Both the position numbers and the translations under genes were made by a program. From contig NC_058368.1 in assembly GCF_018350175.1 (NCBI RefSeq), forward strand, positions 151,778,001 to 151,842,000: DNA of 64,000 nucleotides, in the 5' to 3' direction. The notes under the pieces are model-generated. The model searched no databases and had not been told where the DNA came from. It saw only the letters and a program-made list of their open reading frames with translations. Below are positions 27,524-42,000 of this stretch, one piece after another (position 1 is the first letter of the stretch; every line of letters begins with the position of its first letter). This DNA comes from Felis catus (lineage: Eukaryota).

Positions 27524-28377
27524 CTGCACTTTTCTTGTTTAATTAAATAGCAATCGGTGAGTGGTAATTTAGACCCCCATATATATAGGTATATAAGAAA
27601 GTATGACAGCATGATTTGCTCAACTGTTGAGTGTTAATCATATTTAAGGCACTGGCTAAATTTCTGGGTTTCAAGACACTTAGTTGGGCCTGCTGTTGAA
27701 CTTAAAAGAATTTATAGCTCTAAGGCATGCATAGATTTATTAAAGGGACACTAAACCCACAGACTTAGAAGTGATTCAGTATGTAAAAGACTTTTTTTCT
27801 AAGTACTGGGACATGATCTCTCCACAATATTTTCTATTTTGGCTCTGAACGCTACAATAGTGGCAAGTTGGCTATGAAATGGTTTGCCGCTCTTCACCAA
27901 TTTTATCAGTTACTATTATTAAGAATAAACATCTTTCTTTAAAAAATGATTGAGAGTTCACAGTCTGTAGAACGCTTTAAAAATAGCACTTTAAAATAAG
28001 TCTTTTTTCACTATAAACTAGATAGAGCTTTAACTGGATGAGATTTTATCTGATTTTCTTTAGAAAATGTGTATATTCATCAGACATTATCATAGCATCA
28101 AGTTTAGCGAATTTTGTCATTTAAATAATTTCAGTTATAAATTCCAGTTTCCTCCTCTTATGTAAATAGCCTCAAAACTGCTTTGGAGCAGAAGCTCTCC
28201 AAATATGGTCTCAGCCTAGAGGTGATTTTTTTTTTTACAGAAAGATTTTTTTTAAGTTATATTAACTCTCCAGTGTAAAAATCCATGAAACCCAGTGAAA
28301 AAAGAATCTGAGAAATTCTTTCACTTTGATAAATCCGAAATGTTGGAACTTTCAAGTTTAAAATTTTCCCTGGGGCA
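27524..28377 (-). pseudogene. Large fossil exon (854 nt), AAA4 / stalk-entry-like
   Basis: cagttttcttgcAG acceptor in matching phase 2; SQILFSLGFMDFYTGELI; DEYTHFLKKIR*NLIQLKLYLV; NLCMP*SYKFF; RNLASALNMIN; cag|GTaaat donor. Confidence 0.75.
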
Positions 28378-30117
28378 CTGCAAGAAAACTGACAGGAGAT
28401 AAGTTTTAAAAGAATGTTATAACATTTAGAAGTTATAAATAAATTAAACAACATAGGTCATTGCATAAATGAGCATTAACTATTTCTATCAGGCTTGAAA
28501 TTTTCATGACCTACATTTCTTTGTATCATATTATGAGGTCTATATTCATTCCCAGAGCCTTTTTTTTTTGAGAGCTATGAGAGCTGTGTGGAAAAGAGGT
28601 GAAGCAAGAGAAGGTTAATGAGGGTGAGGGCGAAGGAGCATGCTCCTGCCACTTTTCATTCACGACCCATTTCACGGAAGGGGCTTCTCTTTCCAGGACT
28701 GACAGTCAGGCACCTTGCATCACTCAAAAATGAAGCCACATTCAATTAAAGCAAGAATGAGACATTTCATATATGACAAAGGAGGCCCAAGTCTTTGAGG
28801 TGTAAAATACACTTCTCCATCTTAAGTAATGGTAAGAGGGATGAGGTAGTTTTCAGCTACCAACTCACCAAGAACAACACTATTTTCCATCTCTTTTATA
28901 TAACCCACTTAAAAATTTTTTTGCTCTGCAAAAGTGTTTCATGGCATTCTCCTGCAAATTGATTCTGAATTGATTTGTGCAAAAATTTTAAATTAAGAGC
29001 CAGGTAGCATCCAAATAACTCAAATTGCCATGTGTCTTACACTTAACTAGAACATTCCAGGGAAACTGTTTCTTTAAGCCAGAAAAGCTACAAAAATAAT
29101 TATTATATTTATTTTATTCTCATGTCTTTCCTTGAGTGAAAAAGAACTAGAGCATTTTGGTATATATTTGTTGAATGGATCATGAAATAATCGTTGGCTA
29201 ATTTCAAGGAAAGCAACTAATAAATCCTATGACAAAGAACAAAGCCAAGCCAATGTATGCAAAGTGTAAATGTTCGAAGTTGCAGAATGTCAACTTACTC
29301 AAACTTAAGTAAGTCATCTACTAACACTCACAGTCTGTCTTCCCCTCTGTTCCTGACAACTCCCAATTTCATATCATTTGCAAATTCAATTAGCCTGCTC
29401 TTTACTCCTGTCACATAACCCATCTGACCTCCTCTGTCTTTCTGCTCCATTTCACCCTTCTATCCCCATAGACTCTCCGAGAAACAGAGGAATACATTTT
29501 ATACGTCCTATCCATCTCTGTTTCCTATTTTCTCTGCTGTACTCAAAGGAGGATTATGAGAACTAATAGTTATGTACATTTTGGTAACTGAATAGAAACT
29601 ATCTGGAATGATTATTCATCTCGCTCATTTTTACCTAATCTATACAATAATTCAATAAATTAATACATGATTAATAATTTTTATGCAACATTTCTATGTG
29701 CATTTATTATGTATTATTATCTATGAACACCCTACTGTTTATAATTGCCATGAGGAGAATTTGATGTTACATGCCTGTGACATCAAATTCATATTGTGTA
29801 TCTCAGTGTGCACAGGAAAGATAAATTTACCTTGGATACTAAGCTAACTGTGTGGTTATAGGCACAAATATTATCATTAAATAAAAAAGTATTTACGTGT
29901 CGGCATTGACCTTTTAATTAAATGGAAATGGCCAGAGTCAATCATCTATTGACAGGTATTTACATAGCAAGTAATTATAGGGTAAAGAGATTATTTCGGT
30001 TATAAAATCAGAGGGCAAGTCATACAAATTTTAGAAATAGAGTCGCCAAGTAATCTGTAAGAACATGTAATTGCTATGTTTTTTACTGGCATTTACTAAG
30101 CAAAACTAAATTCTTAC

Positions 30118-30401
30118 GGTAAGTAATATTGTGAAGTGACTTGCAATTGAGGGCATTAGTGTGGTTTTATTTTCTTAGTGATTAGGAGTCTGAAATCTCT
30201 AATAATATTTACATTCTTACTAAAATGTGAAGGAATCTCGGAGCATGTCAGCATGGAATTTTTTGTACAACTACTCTTCTCTATTGTAGGAAGCCAGGGC
30301 ATTTTAAAGCTATCTTGGGGGATCATCTCAGTTCATCCCGATTTGTGTCCCAGGGACAGTTCTTCATAACTTTAAATGACACATAGTATCTCTAGAGAAT
30401 T
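30118..30401 (-). pseudogene. Fossil exon (284 nt)
   Basis: 96-nt intron, phase 0 NSLEILCVI*SYEELSL...FSKNVNIIRDFRLLITK; 3 stops in 94 codons; GTaaga donor. Confidence 0.6.
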
Positions 30402-30497
30402 CTATGTCCAGTAATGACAAAGGGCATGTAGAATCATCACAACAGGATTTCTTTTAATTTTAAAATGTGATGCCTATGTATTTTTTAAATAGTGTAC

Positions 30498-30657
30498 CTC
30501 AATATAAAGGTATCTGGATTCTGGCTCCAGAGATTTGATCAAATCTTGAAGGAGATCACTAGCCTTTTTATTTCCCTCTCTTCTTTTCTCCAGATTCACC
30601 TTATGGTTACAAATTAATATTCAGTTTTTTTAGTCTCTGAATTCTGAACCTCTTGGG
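30498..30657 (-). pseudogene. Fossil exon (160 nt)
   Basis: ctgatttgtatcttctatAG acceptor, gag|GTacac donor; ILICNHKVNLEKRREGNKKASDLLQDLIKSLEPESRYLYIE. Confidence 0.7.
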
Positions 30658-31953
30658 CTATAGAAGATACAAATCAGTATCTACTATGATGGATACGAGA
30701 ATTAAAAATTGTTTAAATAACACATTTGCTGAAGTTATTTTCTCAATCCAACCCTCAGTTACTTATGTAATAATGGATGGCTTTTTCCAATGTTCTAGTG
30801 TTAACTCACAGTGTCAGTGGGCTGTGAATTCAGGCTACTGCACGCTCATAATACACATGGTTTATGTATTGCAAATGAAGACAAATGCTCCAGGTGAGCT
30901 CCCTTCCCTAGCACAATAGTTTGTATGTCTTTTTGGCTTAGATACTGCTGAAATTTCAAGGGGAGTATCAGTGGATCTGGCCACCAAATGAAGTCCCACA
31001 TAACTGTCTAAGGAGAATAAGCTAGGAGACGGGACAGATGAGAACAGTACAAATGGAAATGAAAAGAAACCTTCAAACTCAAAATATACATTTTTTTAAG
31101 CTATCACTTAATGGTTGTTAAAGGAAATGTATATATAATTGCTTACATAAATTTTACCAGTCACAGGAAGAGGCAGAAAGAGAGTCTTTAGTTAACATAA
31201 GTAAAACATTCAAATTGTTTTAGCTCCAGACAGAAGCATGGCCAATGAGAATTCTAAGGAGAAAACCCACTATGACCAGATTTCCTAAGTCTATGGGCAC
31301 TTCCAAGGACTAAATAACAACAAGCACAAGAGATGGAACAAATACTTCGGAACACTTGCTACGTGCTAGGCAAAGTCAGAGTGCTTAATACCTGTTAATT
31401 CATTAACTCCTGTATACAAGCGAGGAAACTAAAGCATGTAGACAGAATTTGCAGTTCTGGGTACTTTTATCCTTATGCTAAACTTCAGTGTGCTTCTGTT
31501 TCTAGCATTTCCAGCTTCACGGAGACCAGTGACTTTGGCTCTTGCTGCATCTTTTTTTTTCATGATGTTTACTCTATGCAGCCAACCAGCAGAAAATAAA
31601 GTTTAGTATTAATCTGGCTTCATCCACTGAAGAAAGGCGGAGAGAAAATATCCATTTAGCTATAAAAATACACACACACAATACATTGTTAAAAGTAACA
31701 GTGCCCTCCCTTTTTTTCCGTCTTCATTGCTTAAACACTCCTCATAAAAACGGTATTTCTTGGCAAGAGAAACCATTTTTCCTTTATGTCAGAGTCACTG
31801 TTAAGTTCACATTTGTGTTTGCAAGTTCTGTTTCCAACTTTCCACTCCAGTTCTATCCCCCACAGCAAGAAGAAAATCACAAAATTTGCATATTGTGCTT
31901 ATGAAGTAGAGTAGCTGTCTCAGAGAGAAGCACCACGGGGTTAGGAATCATGA

Positions 31954-31955
<2 letters not shown>

Positions 31956-32003
<48 letters not shown>
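31956..32003. repeat. (AC)n
   Basis: Direct reading. Confidence 0.95.
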
Positions 32004-32006
<3 letters not shown>

Positions 32007-32641
32007 GTCGAAGAATATTAATCTAACAAATTTGTCCTCTACTTTTACGTATTTCTCTGCTTTCAATTAAGACGCCTTATTAAATAGCATTCAAACATGT
32101 GAAAGCAAAGACAGAGCCTGACAGAATTTCAACAGGTTCTGTGCATTCATACTGTATGTCACCTCTTAATTAGCAACCAAAATGCAATGAACAGATTGTA
32201 CAGTTTACCATCCTAGCCCAGCTCCTACACTTGCTATTTGTGCGTATACAGCATATTTAAAGAGACCCCCATCCAGTGGGATTTTCATACTTGCTCCATC
32301 CCTTGGAACAGAACCACCATCAACTAAATGCCACTTCATGGATGCCTTAGCCTGCAGCAGCAGCTGGCATTACCAAGCAGTTGAAAGGACATTTTAATCT
32401 CCTGTTTAATGCATTTTTCTCCACCTGGGATAAGAAGCCAAAATTGCTGTTAGCAAAAAATGCCTTAGTCATTAACTGAAAGTGCCTTTTTTAAAAGTGT
32501 TCCATTACTCCCCTACTGGGAAATTTCAGACTTTATTAGCATTTTTTGAATTTGTATTAGTAGTACCTGAGTGGTAAAATGCTAACGGATGAACATTTAG
32601 CTATTTTCCACAGGTTTCTCTTTGGGGCTCACGTTGTACCA

Positions 32642-32644
<3 letters not shown>

Positions 32645-32718
<74 letters not shown>

Positions 32719-32730
32719 AGAGAGAGAGAG
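32645..32730. repeat. Poly(A) followed by (AG)n
   Basis: Direct reading. Confidence 0.95.
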
Positions 32731-33916
32731 GGAATGAGCGAGAGAAAGGGGTCAAAATACTGCACTCCTCACCTAGCTCTCCAAAAGTAAGGTCCATAGT
32801 CAGAGGAATCGCATATTAATTTTCTATTCTATCCCTGAAGAAACACACAAGAATGGATTTAGGGACTCTCTCTTACCTAAAGCAACTAAGAGGATATTAA
32901 ATGTTCTTTAAATGCAAGTCTGTGTATTTAAATCACATGCATGCTGCGCTGGCATTACCTTGCCTTGGTGATCACACTACATTGAATTCAGGCTGTAAGA
33001 AAATAGAAATCCTCCCACTAAAACACATGCTGCTAGTCAAAGGGTCGGTCTGTCATTTCGGCACACAAGACCTAACTTGGAAAAATCAGAACCATCCAAG
33101 TAATGATTTGAATTAAACATAATTTAGATTGAGGTTGTCATATTTTTATTTGTTTTATTCTGTGTCTGCTAAGCAGACACCTAAATTTTAGAAATCTTCT
33201 CAAATATCAAGTAAGCCTGATGCAGTTCTGGTTGTGTATGGTTTAGTTTCAGTAAGGACTACACTCTTTGGTTATGGGCTAAAATAAATAAATATATAAA
33301 TATAGTACAGCCACTTGAGTGCCAGATTGAAACTATACTGAAATATTTGATCAAAATACCTAGCTTTTTAGTAAGTAAAGAGGAAAAATAGAAGGTCAAA
33401 ATATTTTTGAAAATAACGTAGCCAGTTATTTATTCCTTCCCTTATTATCATCTTCAACCAACTGACTAATATATTATCTTACATAAATGCCCCAGAGACC
33501 CTCTTTATGCATTAAGTTTTACTTCTGCTATTTCCTGGTTTGGTAACAGAGAAAGCAAACCTCATTTAATATGCAGAAACTACGGTTTCCTTAAGATATA
33601 AGTGAAAATGCAGTACTTTCTAATAAATAGTGGAGGCAGCAGGGATAAAGAAAGACTATTGGATTTAGCAGGGATTAAGGCTGACAAAGCACAAGACCCA
33701 AGGATGTGTTTTCTGGAAAAGTGTGTGGCAGGAGGCTACTGGGCCTGAGTTAGAGAATGCATAGGAAATAGGAAGAGAAATGATTAAGCATTTTCCAAAA
33801 TTTCTCTGAATTATTTGAATATGCAGAAATCACAATAACACTCAAAGTCACAAAATAGTAGCGTTCCAGTGGCTTGGCATACACACCCCATACCAATTCC
33901 CGCCTCTAATTCTTAC

Positions 33917-34419
33917 CAAAAATTTAAGGAAAAATGTAGTGAGTAACTGCAAGTGGCCATTTTGGCTGGCTTAGTAGAACACATACGTATGTACGCGGAT
34001 GGATGGATGGATGGATGGATGGAGAGAGAGACAGACAGAAACAGAGGTATTTAAATCCCATTGAGGAGGTGATCTTCTCAAAGCAGTCTCCTGAGTGAAT
34101 CATTAGCAAATTGGACTGCATCTGTTATGCAATATGGCTTCACTGTACATTATACGAAATTTTAATAGAGATTTTTAGAGCATCCAGTTATGACCTATTA
34201 TAATCTAATTTAAAAGCTTCTATTGTTAGAAGATCATAAACACATTGTAGCCTTTGGAGTGAAAGTCCATGGAATGCTTCTGCACAGAATCCAAATGTAC
34301 CATCAAATTCTACATACAACTACAGGGGTGTTTTCCAAATGATAACTCATAAATTCCTTTCTCGGAAGCACATCATTTCAAGAAGACCACTTACTACTTT
34401 TTAAAATCCCTTTATAGTT
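33917..34419 (-). pseudogene. Fossil exon containing an expanded microsatellite
   Basis: tttttgttctattccatatacatttAG acceptor, phase 0 NYKGILK...; VEFDGTFGFCAEAFHGLSLQRLQCVYDLLTIEAFKLDY; ttg|GTaaga donor. Confidence 0.65.
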
Positions 34420-34927
34420 CTAAATGTATATGGAATAGAACAAAAATGTTAAGATTTTTTAAATTTTTTGTATTACCATGTTAGAAAAGATTACATTATA
34501 AAGTTGATTTTCATACTCTGATAAATTTTATAGCATTAAAGACAAAATTCAACATTTCCCACTTAGCAAGTCATTGATAATACTTAATTTACTTTAACAT
34601 AATTGTTTTATAAAAATTCTGATTTTGAACAAAATTTTAAAATGACATCACATTTGTATTGGGAGACTGAATGCCTGTTACTATGTAGACTGAAATAGAA
34701 CATTTTTAAATCAAAACAGACAAAATTCATAGCTGAAATAATATTTTGAATTTTCATATTTTTAATTAAAACATTTTAAAATATGATCTTTGTGGTTCTT
34801 TTCATTCTAAATGTTCAGGCTTTTTGCAAGCACCTACACACAAATGACACAAATGACACAAATGACATATAATGGATATAGACAGTGTTCATGTCAGTAG
34901 GTAAAAATACAAATTAGATATATTCAC

Positions 34928-35154
34928 CACTATACTTTTTTTCTTTTTAACAATGGGTTTTTCAGTAGTAGAGATATCTTGGTTCTGGTCAAGATGAAAG
35001 CAACATAGGACTGTGATCACATAAAAACAACTGAAAGCCTTCTTCAGACAATTTTGTAGAGTTACAATCTCCTTACTCATCTGTGTTTCATATATTTGTT
35101 ATTCTTTCTGTCTTTTATCAACATTGCATAATAGACAAAAAAAATAGTACATGA
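34928..35154 (-). pseudogene. Fossil exon (227 nt)
   Basis: tttttattctcAG acceptor, gtg|GTgaat donor; CLLCNVDKRQKE*QIYETQMSKEIVTLQNCLKKAFSCFYVITVL. Confidence 0.65.
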
Positions 35155-35589
35155 CTGAGAATAAAAATTTGACATTATATAATGGTCAACCATCATAGTT
35201 CCTAGGGGTTTGTGGTCGACTATCAGTAACTGTCATGACATTACTCACCACTCAGTTGATATACCCTAGTATCTACTCACACTACTTCATTTCAAAGGGA
35301 GAAAATATTTAAATAATATTATTAAAATTATTTAATATTATTACTACTATTAAATATTATCAAGTTAAAACTTTAAATGGATACAGGTATCATCATTACT
35401 AAAAATGTGACCCCATATTTGTATTATGCTACCATTCCTGAAAATTTTGAGATCCTAAATTCAAGGAGCTTAAAATCATGTAAGACATGATAGAGACTAC
35501 CATGCTCCAACACCCGCAGGGTCGGATTTCAGACAGAACATAAGGCTAGGTGAACTACAGAAATGTCTCACAGAAGCACTCTCTAATTC

Positions 35590-36150
35590 ATTGATTCAAC
35601 ATGTACCTCTTGAGTTCCACTATATATTAAGCCAGGCAGTGTGCTAGGATTTGAGGTTACAAGATAAAGAAAACAGAATCCTAGTTTTCAAGCAGCTCAC
35701 TTGCTAATTAGGTCATCAAAACATAAACACACAAGAGTACTACAGTTCTGTTAAGTGGTATAATGGAAGTATAAACTATTGGATGAAAGAAATAGGGGGA
35801 AAATATATATAAAAAAAGATCAGGTGCGTAGGGTACAATTAAGGAAATTCTCACAAAAGTAACACTTGAGCTATATCTTCAAGTATTAGCAGAAGCTTAT
35901 TAGGCAACATCAGATGGGAAAGGACACTTCAGCACAGAGAATGACACATGCAAGGGAGAGCACAACCATTTCAGAAGTAAACCTGTAATTTAAGTTCACC
36001 TGTAAGAGTAAGAGTAAATAAGCTGAAAAGGGTCATGAAAGATGTGGTCTACCAGGCAAAGAATTCGGATTTTATATATAGATAATGGGGAAATAGTAAA
36101 GGAATTTCAGCACTCGAATAGTAAGACCAGACATGTTTTAGAAAGTTGAC
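35590..36150 (-). mobile_element. L2 relic (further pieces near 20620-21120, 23570-24470, 26340-26620)
   Basis: attcattgattcaaca...gccaggcagtgtgctagg...aagcagctcac typical of the L2 3' end. Confidence 0.55.
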
Positions 36151-36156
36151 TGATTT

Positions 36157-36322
36157 GGGGGGTGCATGTGTGGAGCAGTTGGTTAAGTGTTCAACTCTGG
36201 ATTTCAGCTCAAATCATGATCTCAGGGTTCTTGAGCTTGAGCCCTGCTTGGGATTTTCTCTTTCTGCTCCTTCCTCCACCAACCCCTGCTCCTTTTCACA
36301 TGCACCATGTGCGCACGCTCTC

Positions 36323-36361
<39 letters not shown>

Positions 36362-36365
36362 ATTA
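36157..36365 (+). mobile_element. Can-SINE with (TAAA)n tail
   Basis: cagttggttaagtg...catgatctcaggg; (taaa)n. Confidence 0.85.
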
Positions 36366-36823
36366 CAAAGATGATTCTGACAAGCAGGACTCTTTCTATC
36401 CTTTATGTCCTCCTTTGACTGTGATCCTCCTGTCACCAACATATAATGAGACAAGAATAAAAAAAAACAAACTAGGGCATATTGATAACATTCAATCTAG
36501 GTGTGTGGTTATTTGGAAAAAAAAATAAATGAATTTGCACTAGAATTTTTTAACTTATGTGGGTGTTCAATGACAAGAGTCAGAGTATTGCTGCTGATAT
36601 TTGAGATGCTCTTTTATATAATTTTATTTGCTTTTAATCTCATCATAGCTCACATCTAACCCCTAAGTCTCAAAACAGAGTTTAACATATATAATGTTAA
36701 GGAATATTCATCATTTGAAGTTTCCTAAAAATGCATTTACTTGAATCTATAGCCTAAGAAACAAACTTCTCTTCTTATGAACAGATGACATCATAGGTCT
36801 AACCTTAGAAATAAAAAGATATA

Positions 36824-37045
36824 GGGGCGCCTGGGTAGCTCAGTCGATTTGAGCATCCAACTTCGGCTCAGGTCACGGTCTCGTGGTTTGCGGGTTTGAG
36901 CCCCACACTAGGCTCTGTGCTGACAGCTCAGAGCCTGGAGCCTGCTTTAGATTCTATGTCTCCCTCTCCCTGCCCCTCCCCTGCTCACGCTCTGTCTCTC
37001 TCAAAAATAAATATTTTAAAAATAAAAAAATAAAATGAAAAAATG
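36824..37045 (+). mobile_element. Can-SINE
   Basis: ggggcgcctgggtagctcagtcg...gacagctcagagcctggagcctgc. Confidence 0.95.
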
Positions 37046-37058
37046 AAATGCATATAGT

Positions 37059-37124
37059 TATATATATATACATATATATATGTATATATATATATGTATA
37101 TATATATATATACATATATATATA
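37059..37124. repeat. Interrupted (TA)n
   Basis: Direct reading. Confidence 0.9.
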
Positions 37125-37521
37125 TCCTATTTTTAAACTTTTTTCCCCATGTTTTAAACTTTTACTTTATTCACTTAAAAACATTGACATTTGGAGTCTT
37201 GGCACCCTTGCGGACATGGTGAGCAAAGACACATGAATAGCCATGTTAGCCTATGTTGAGCATAACACTTTGATGTTTGAGGAACACTGTTTCATACAAA
37301 ACATTAAACTGAGTCAAGGTCATAACCAAATATCTGAAACGCCAAGGTTTTCTTCTCTTATAGTGGCCATTTACTGGATTATAGCTGTATGTCAGATACT
37401 TCGGTGCATTTCATATGGTATATATAATCCTTAAGGAGCTATATCCATATATGAAAATGAAAAAGCTGAGGATCAGGCAAGTTACACAACCTTTTCAAGA
37501 GTTCCCTCTCTCCTGCTATAC

Positions 37522-37746
37522 CTTCTGGTGAGATCCAGATGCAGAGTATTTGCTCCTATCTTCTTGATTATAATCCCTGATTGTAATGATCCAGGTAACA
37601 ACCTAACTCTGTCATCCTGGGTTCTTGATTTTGACACGACAACCTGATTGACATTTTGCATTCCATTTTGGATCACACAACCTGATTCTCATCTTCTATA
37701 TCCTGATCTCGATGTTGTATTTGCTATCAGCAAAATCTTAATCCCT
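37522..37746 (-). pseudogene. Fossil exon (225 nt), AAA3-like
   Basis: tgttatgcttttaacAG acceptor, aag|GTatag donor; GIKILLIANTTSRSGYRR*ESG...NVNQVVVSKSRTQDDRVRLLPGSLQSGIIIKKIGANTLHLDL has a single stop. Confidence 0.7.
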
Positions 37747-37986
37747 CTGTTAAAAGCATAACAGAATAGATTGACTACAATTTGAATCTCCTCAGTCATA
37801 TAAACTGATGTGTCCTGAAGGCTACTACTGTTGTGAAAAGATATGAATCTAATATTCAACTTACACTAGTGACATATTTTTTAGAAAGCCCAATAAACAG
37901 ATTTAACATTGTTTTCAATTAAAATATAATTTTAAAAATATAGAAAGAAATGGAAATATTTTTCAAGTCCATACCATGATTACCTA

Positions 37987-38198
37987 AGAGAAGATGGAAG
38001 AGAAAAAGAAAGAGATAGAGGGGTATGGGGAGAGGAGGAGAGAGAGGGAGAGAGAGAAGAGGTGGGGAGGAGGACAAGGAAGTGAAGGACAAGGAGGGGA
38101 GGGGTGAGGGAGGAGGAGAAGGAGAGGAAGAAGAAGAGAAGAGGAAGAAGAGGAGGAGGAGGAGGAGGAGGAGGAGGAGGAAGAGAAAGAAAAGAAAT
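37987..38198. repeat. Polypurine low-complexity tract with (GGA)n
   Basis: Direct reading; source of the low-complexity ORFs at 37980-38280. Confidence 0.9.
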
Positions 38199-38419
38199 AG
38201 TTTTCACAGCATACTAAGGAGCAGAGGCATGGAGTAAGGCAAGACTTGGTTTGAGTTCTGTTTCTTCCCTCCCTAATCACTGTTTGACTTTGAAAAAGTT
38301 ACTTAACCTCTCAAAGAAACAGTTTCCCATAAAATAGAATAAGATAAATTCATATGGTCATTATGAGGGTTAAATGAGCTAATGTGTAAAAAAATTCTTG
38401 GCCAAAGTTAAAGTCCAAT

Positions 38420-38850
38420 AAAAGTAAAGACATAGGGAATATCATCACTAACATCTTAACAATGTTGTATGGTGACAGATAGTGACTACAGAACTTATTG
38501 TGGTAAGAAGTGAGTAATTTACAGAATGGTTGAATCAATATGATGCAAACCTGAAACTAATATTCATTTGTATGTCAGTTATATTTCAATAACAAAAAAA
38601 GGGCACAGAGGAAGACAAAGTAAATTCTTATTTTTTTCTTTCTTTTTCAACTTTTTATTTACATTCTAGTTAAGATATAGTGTAATAATGGCTTCAGGAG
38701 TATAATTTAGTGATTCATCCCTTACATATAACACCTAGGGCTCATGATAATAAGTGCCCTTTGTAATACCCATTACGCAGTTAGTCCATCCCCCATCCAC
38801 CTCCCTTCATCAACCCTATTTGTTATCTGTAGTTAAGAGTCTCTTATAAT
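38420..38850. mobile_element. Two tail-to-tail L1 3'-end fragments (+ strand 38420-38600; - strand 38635-38850)
   Basis: acctgaaactaatatt...tgtatgtcagttatatttcaat; ttagtgattcatcccttacatataacacc. Confidence 0.75.
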
Positions 38851-39025
38851 TGTGCAGACCTCTGCAGTGAGCAGCCCAGAGAGAAGCAGTGAAATCCTTG
38901 AGCCCAGCTGAAAAGAATTGGCTTCCTTGAGCATGCCCAAGCTCTGGTGCTAGGCCTCTATCCCAGCACTGAGGTAAGAAGACATACTCAGAACAGGTGA
39001 GCAGCTTGTTTAAGATCACACAGCT

Positions 39026-42000
39026 TGGAGAAGGAGGTAAGATGATGGAGGAGTAGGGAGACCCTAGGCTTGCCTCATCCTTCTAACACAGCTAGATAAA
39101 TATGAAATCATTTTGATTTGGGTTTTAAACCCAAAAAATCGATCTGAGGACTGAGAGAGTAAAAATGTACAATGAGAGCTAAAAAAAAAAAAGTGTCACA
39201 TGGTGGAAGGTAGGGACTGTAGAGTTGATGTGGGGAAGAGAATCACTGCAGGTACTGCAGTGGGGAGGAGCAAGACAGAAAGAAAGAGAGAAAAAGGAGA
39301 AGTGCATGTAGGGAACTGCACAAGAAAAACTCGTCCCCAAAACCATCACCTGGGAAAAGGAGAGGGGGGGACTAGGGCAAGTTTTTATAAATAACTCACA
39401 CACAGTCTGAAGTTTCCAAGCTTTGTGGCATTGCCAGTGAGGCACCTGGTGGGTTTAGCAGTGCTATGGTGGAGAAGGCAGGAAGACCTGGGAGCAGGCA
39501 GATAGGTCCAAGGATCCCCTGGGTCACATGGGAAGAGGCAGTTCCCATGTTTGGAGTGCATTTGGCAGAGGGGGCACGAGCTCTTCATGGGCAAGGGGCT
39601 CAGTCGCAGACACTAAGCTGCCCTGTTCACACCAAGGCTATGGATCATAAGAGTGCAGCAAACCTCCAGCTTTAAGGGAAACAGGATCTAGCTTCCTTTT
39701 TATTTTGATTTTCTTCTTCTGCTTCTGCTTCTTCTTAGGGATCTAGCTTCTTTTAAAAAGCAGACAAAAACACACCTAGTATCTAGCTTTCCTTCTCTTT
39801 TTTTAAATATACATTTTTATTTATAATTTTTTAATGTTTATATATTTACTTTGAGGAGTAGGTGTAGGGACAGAGAGAGGAAAGAGAATCCTATGCAGGT
39901 TCTGTGCTGAAAGCATGGAGCCCCATGTGTCTCTTAATATCCTAAACTGTGAGATCACGACCTGAACTGAAATCAAGAATTTGACACTTAAATGACTGAG
40001 CCACCTAGGCGGTCCCCCAAGTATTTAAAAACATTTTTGGATATAGCTTCTATTAACAATAAGACCAAAACACACCTAGGATTTGGCTTCCCCCCTTTTT
40101 TTCTGGACAAAATGACAAGATGGAAGATTCACCCCCAAAGAATGAACAAGAAGGAGTCATATCCAGGGGTATAATCTGTACAGATACAAGTAAGACATCT
40201 GAACTAAAATTTAAAACAATTATAAGGAGACTAGCTGGGCTTGAAAATGAGCATAGAAAACACTAGACAATCCCTTATGGCAGAGATGAAAGAACTAAAA
40301 TCTACTCAGGCAAAAATTAAACATACTATAACCAAGATGCAAACTGAAATGCATGCCATGACAATGAGGATGGATGAAGCAGAGGAATGAATTAGTGACA
40401 CAGAGGATAAAATTATGGAAAATAATGAAGCTGAGAAGGAGAGTGAAAGGTATGGGATCACAAGGGTGCACTTAGGGAACTCAGCAACTCTTCAAAGCAT
40501 AATAACATTCGTATCATAGGAATCTCAGAAGATGGAGAAAACCAGCCACCACCAAGAAATATCATAGTCAAATTCACAAAATACACAGATAAGGAAAGCA
40601 TCCTGAAAGCAAGGGAAAAAAGTCTTTAACTTACAAGGAAGACTGATCAGGTTCACAGCAGATCTGTCCACAGAAACTTGGCAGGCCAGAAGAAAGGGAG
40701 CGGCAGGATATATTCAACATGCTGAATGGGAAAAAGATGAAGCCAAAAATACCTCATACAGCAAGGCTGTCATTCAGAATAGAGAGAGAGATAAAGAGTT
40801 TCCCAGACAAATGAAAACTAAAGGAGATTACGACCATGAAACCAACCCAGCAAGAAATATTAAAGGGGACTCTTCGAGTAGGGAAAAATAGCAAAAGCAA
40901 GATGAGAAAGGAATAGAGAATACCACCAGAAACACCACTTGACAGGTAACACAATGGCACTAAATTCACATCTTTAAATAATCACTCTGAATGTAAACAG
41001 ACTAAATTCTCCAATCAAAATGCATAGGATATCAGAATGGATAAAAAATTAAGAAAAAAAAAAGACTCCTCTATATGCAGCCTATAGCATATAGACTCAT
41101 TGTAGACGTATATACACCTGGTGATTGAAAGTGAGGGTATGGGAATCATCTATCATGCTGATGGGTGTCAAAAAAAAAGTCAGAGTAGCATTACTTATAT
41201 CATACTAACTAGATTTTAAACCAAAGACTGTAACAAGAGATGAAGAAGGGCATTATGTCATAATTAAGGGATCTATTCATTAAGAAGATCTAAGTATTGT
41301 AAATATTTATACCCTCAATTTGAAAACACCCAAATATATAAATCAATTAATAACAAACATAAAGACACTCATTGATAATGACACAATAATAATAGGGGAC
41401 TTTGATACCCAACTTATAGCAATGGACAGATTATCTGAGCAGAAAAACAACAAGGAAACAATGGCTTTAAATGACACACTGGAATGGATGGACTTAACAG
41501 ATATATTCAGAACATTTCATTCCAAAGCAGCAGAATACATATTATTTTCAAGTGCACATGGAACATTCTCCAGATCAGATCACATACTGGGTCACAAGTC
41601 AACCCTCAACAAATACAAAAAGACTGAGATAACATTGTGCATATTTTCAGATCACACCACTAAGAAACTTGAAGTCAACCACAAGAAAAAATGTGGGAAA
41701 ACCACAAATACATGGAGATTAAAGAACATCCTACCAAAGAATGAACAGGTTATCCAGGATATTAAAGAAGAAATTAAAAATACATAGGAAAAAATTAAAA
41801 TGAAAACATGACAATCCAAAACCTTTGGGATGCAGCAAAGGTAGTCCTAAGAGGAAAGTGTATTAAAATACAGGCTTTCCTAAAGAAGGAAGAAAAGTTT
41901 CAAATACACAACCTAGCCTTACACCTGAAGGAGACAGAAAAGGAACAGCAAATAAAACCTAAATCCAGGAGAAGAAGATAAATAATAAAGAACAGAAATA

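Noticed and set aside
37980..38280. Poly-P/S/R/E ORFs
   Set aside because: Translations of a polypurine low-complexity tract; the same applies to 32597-32819 and 37048-37236.
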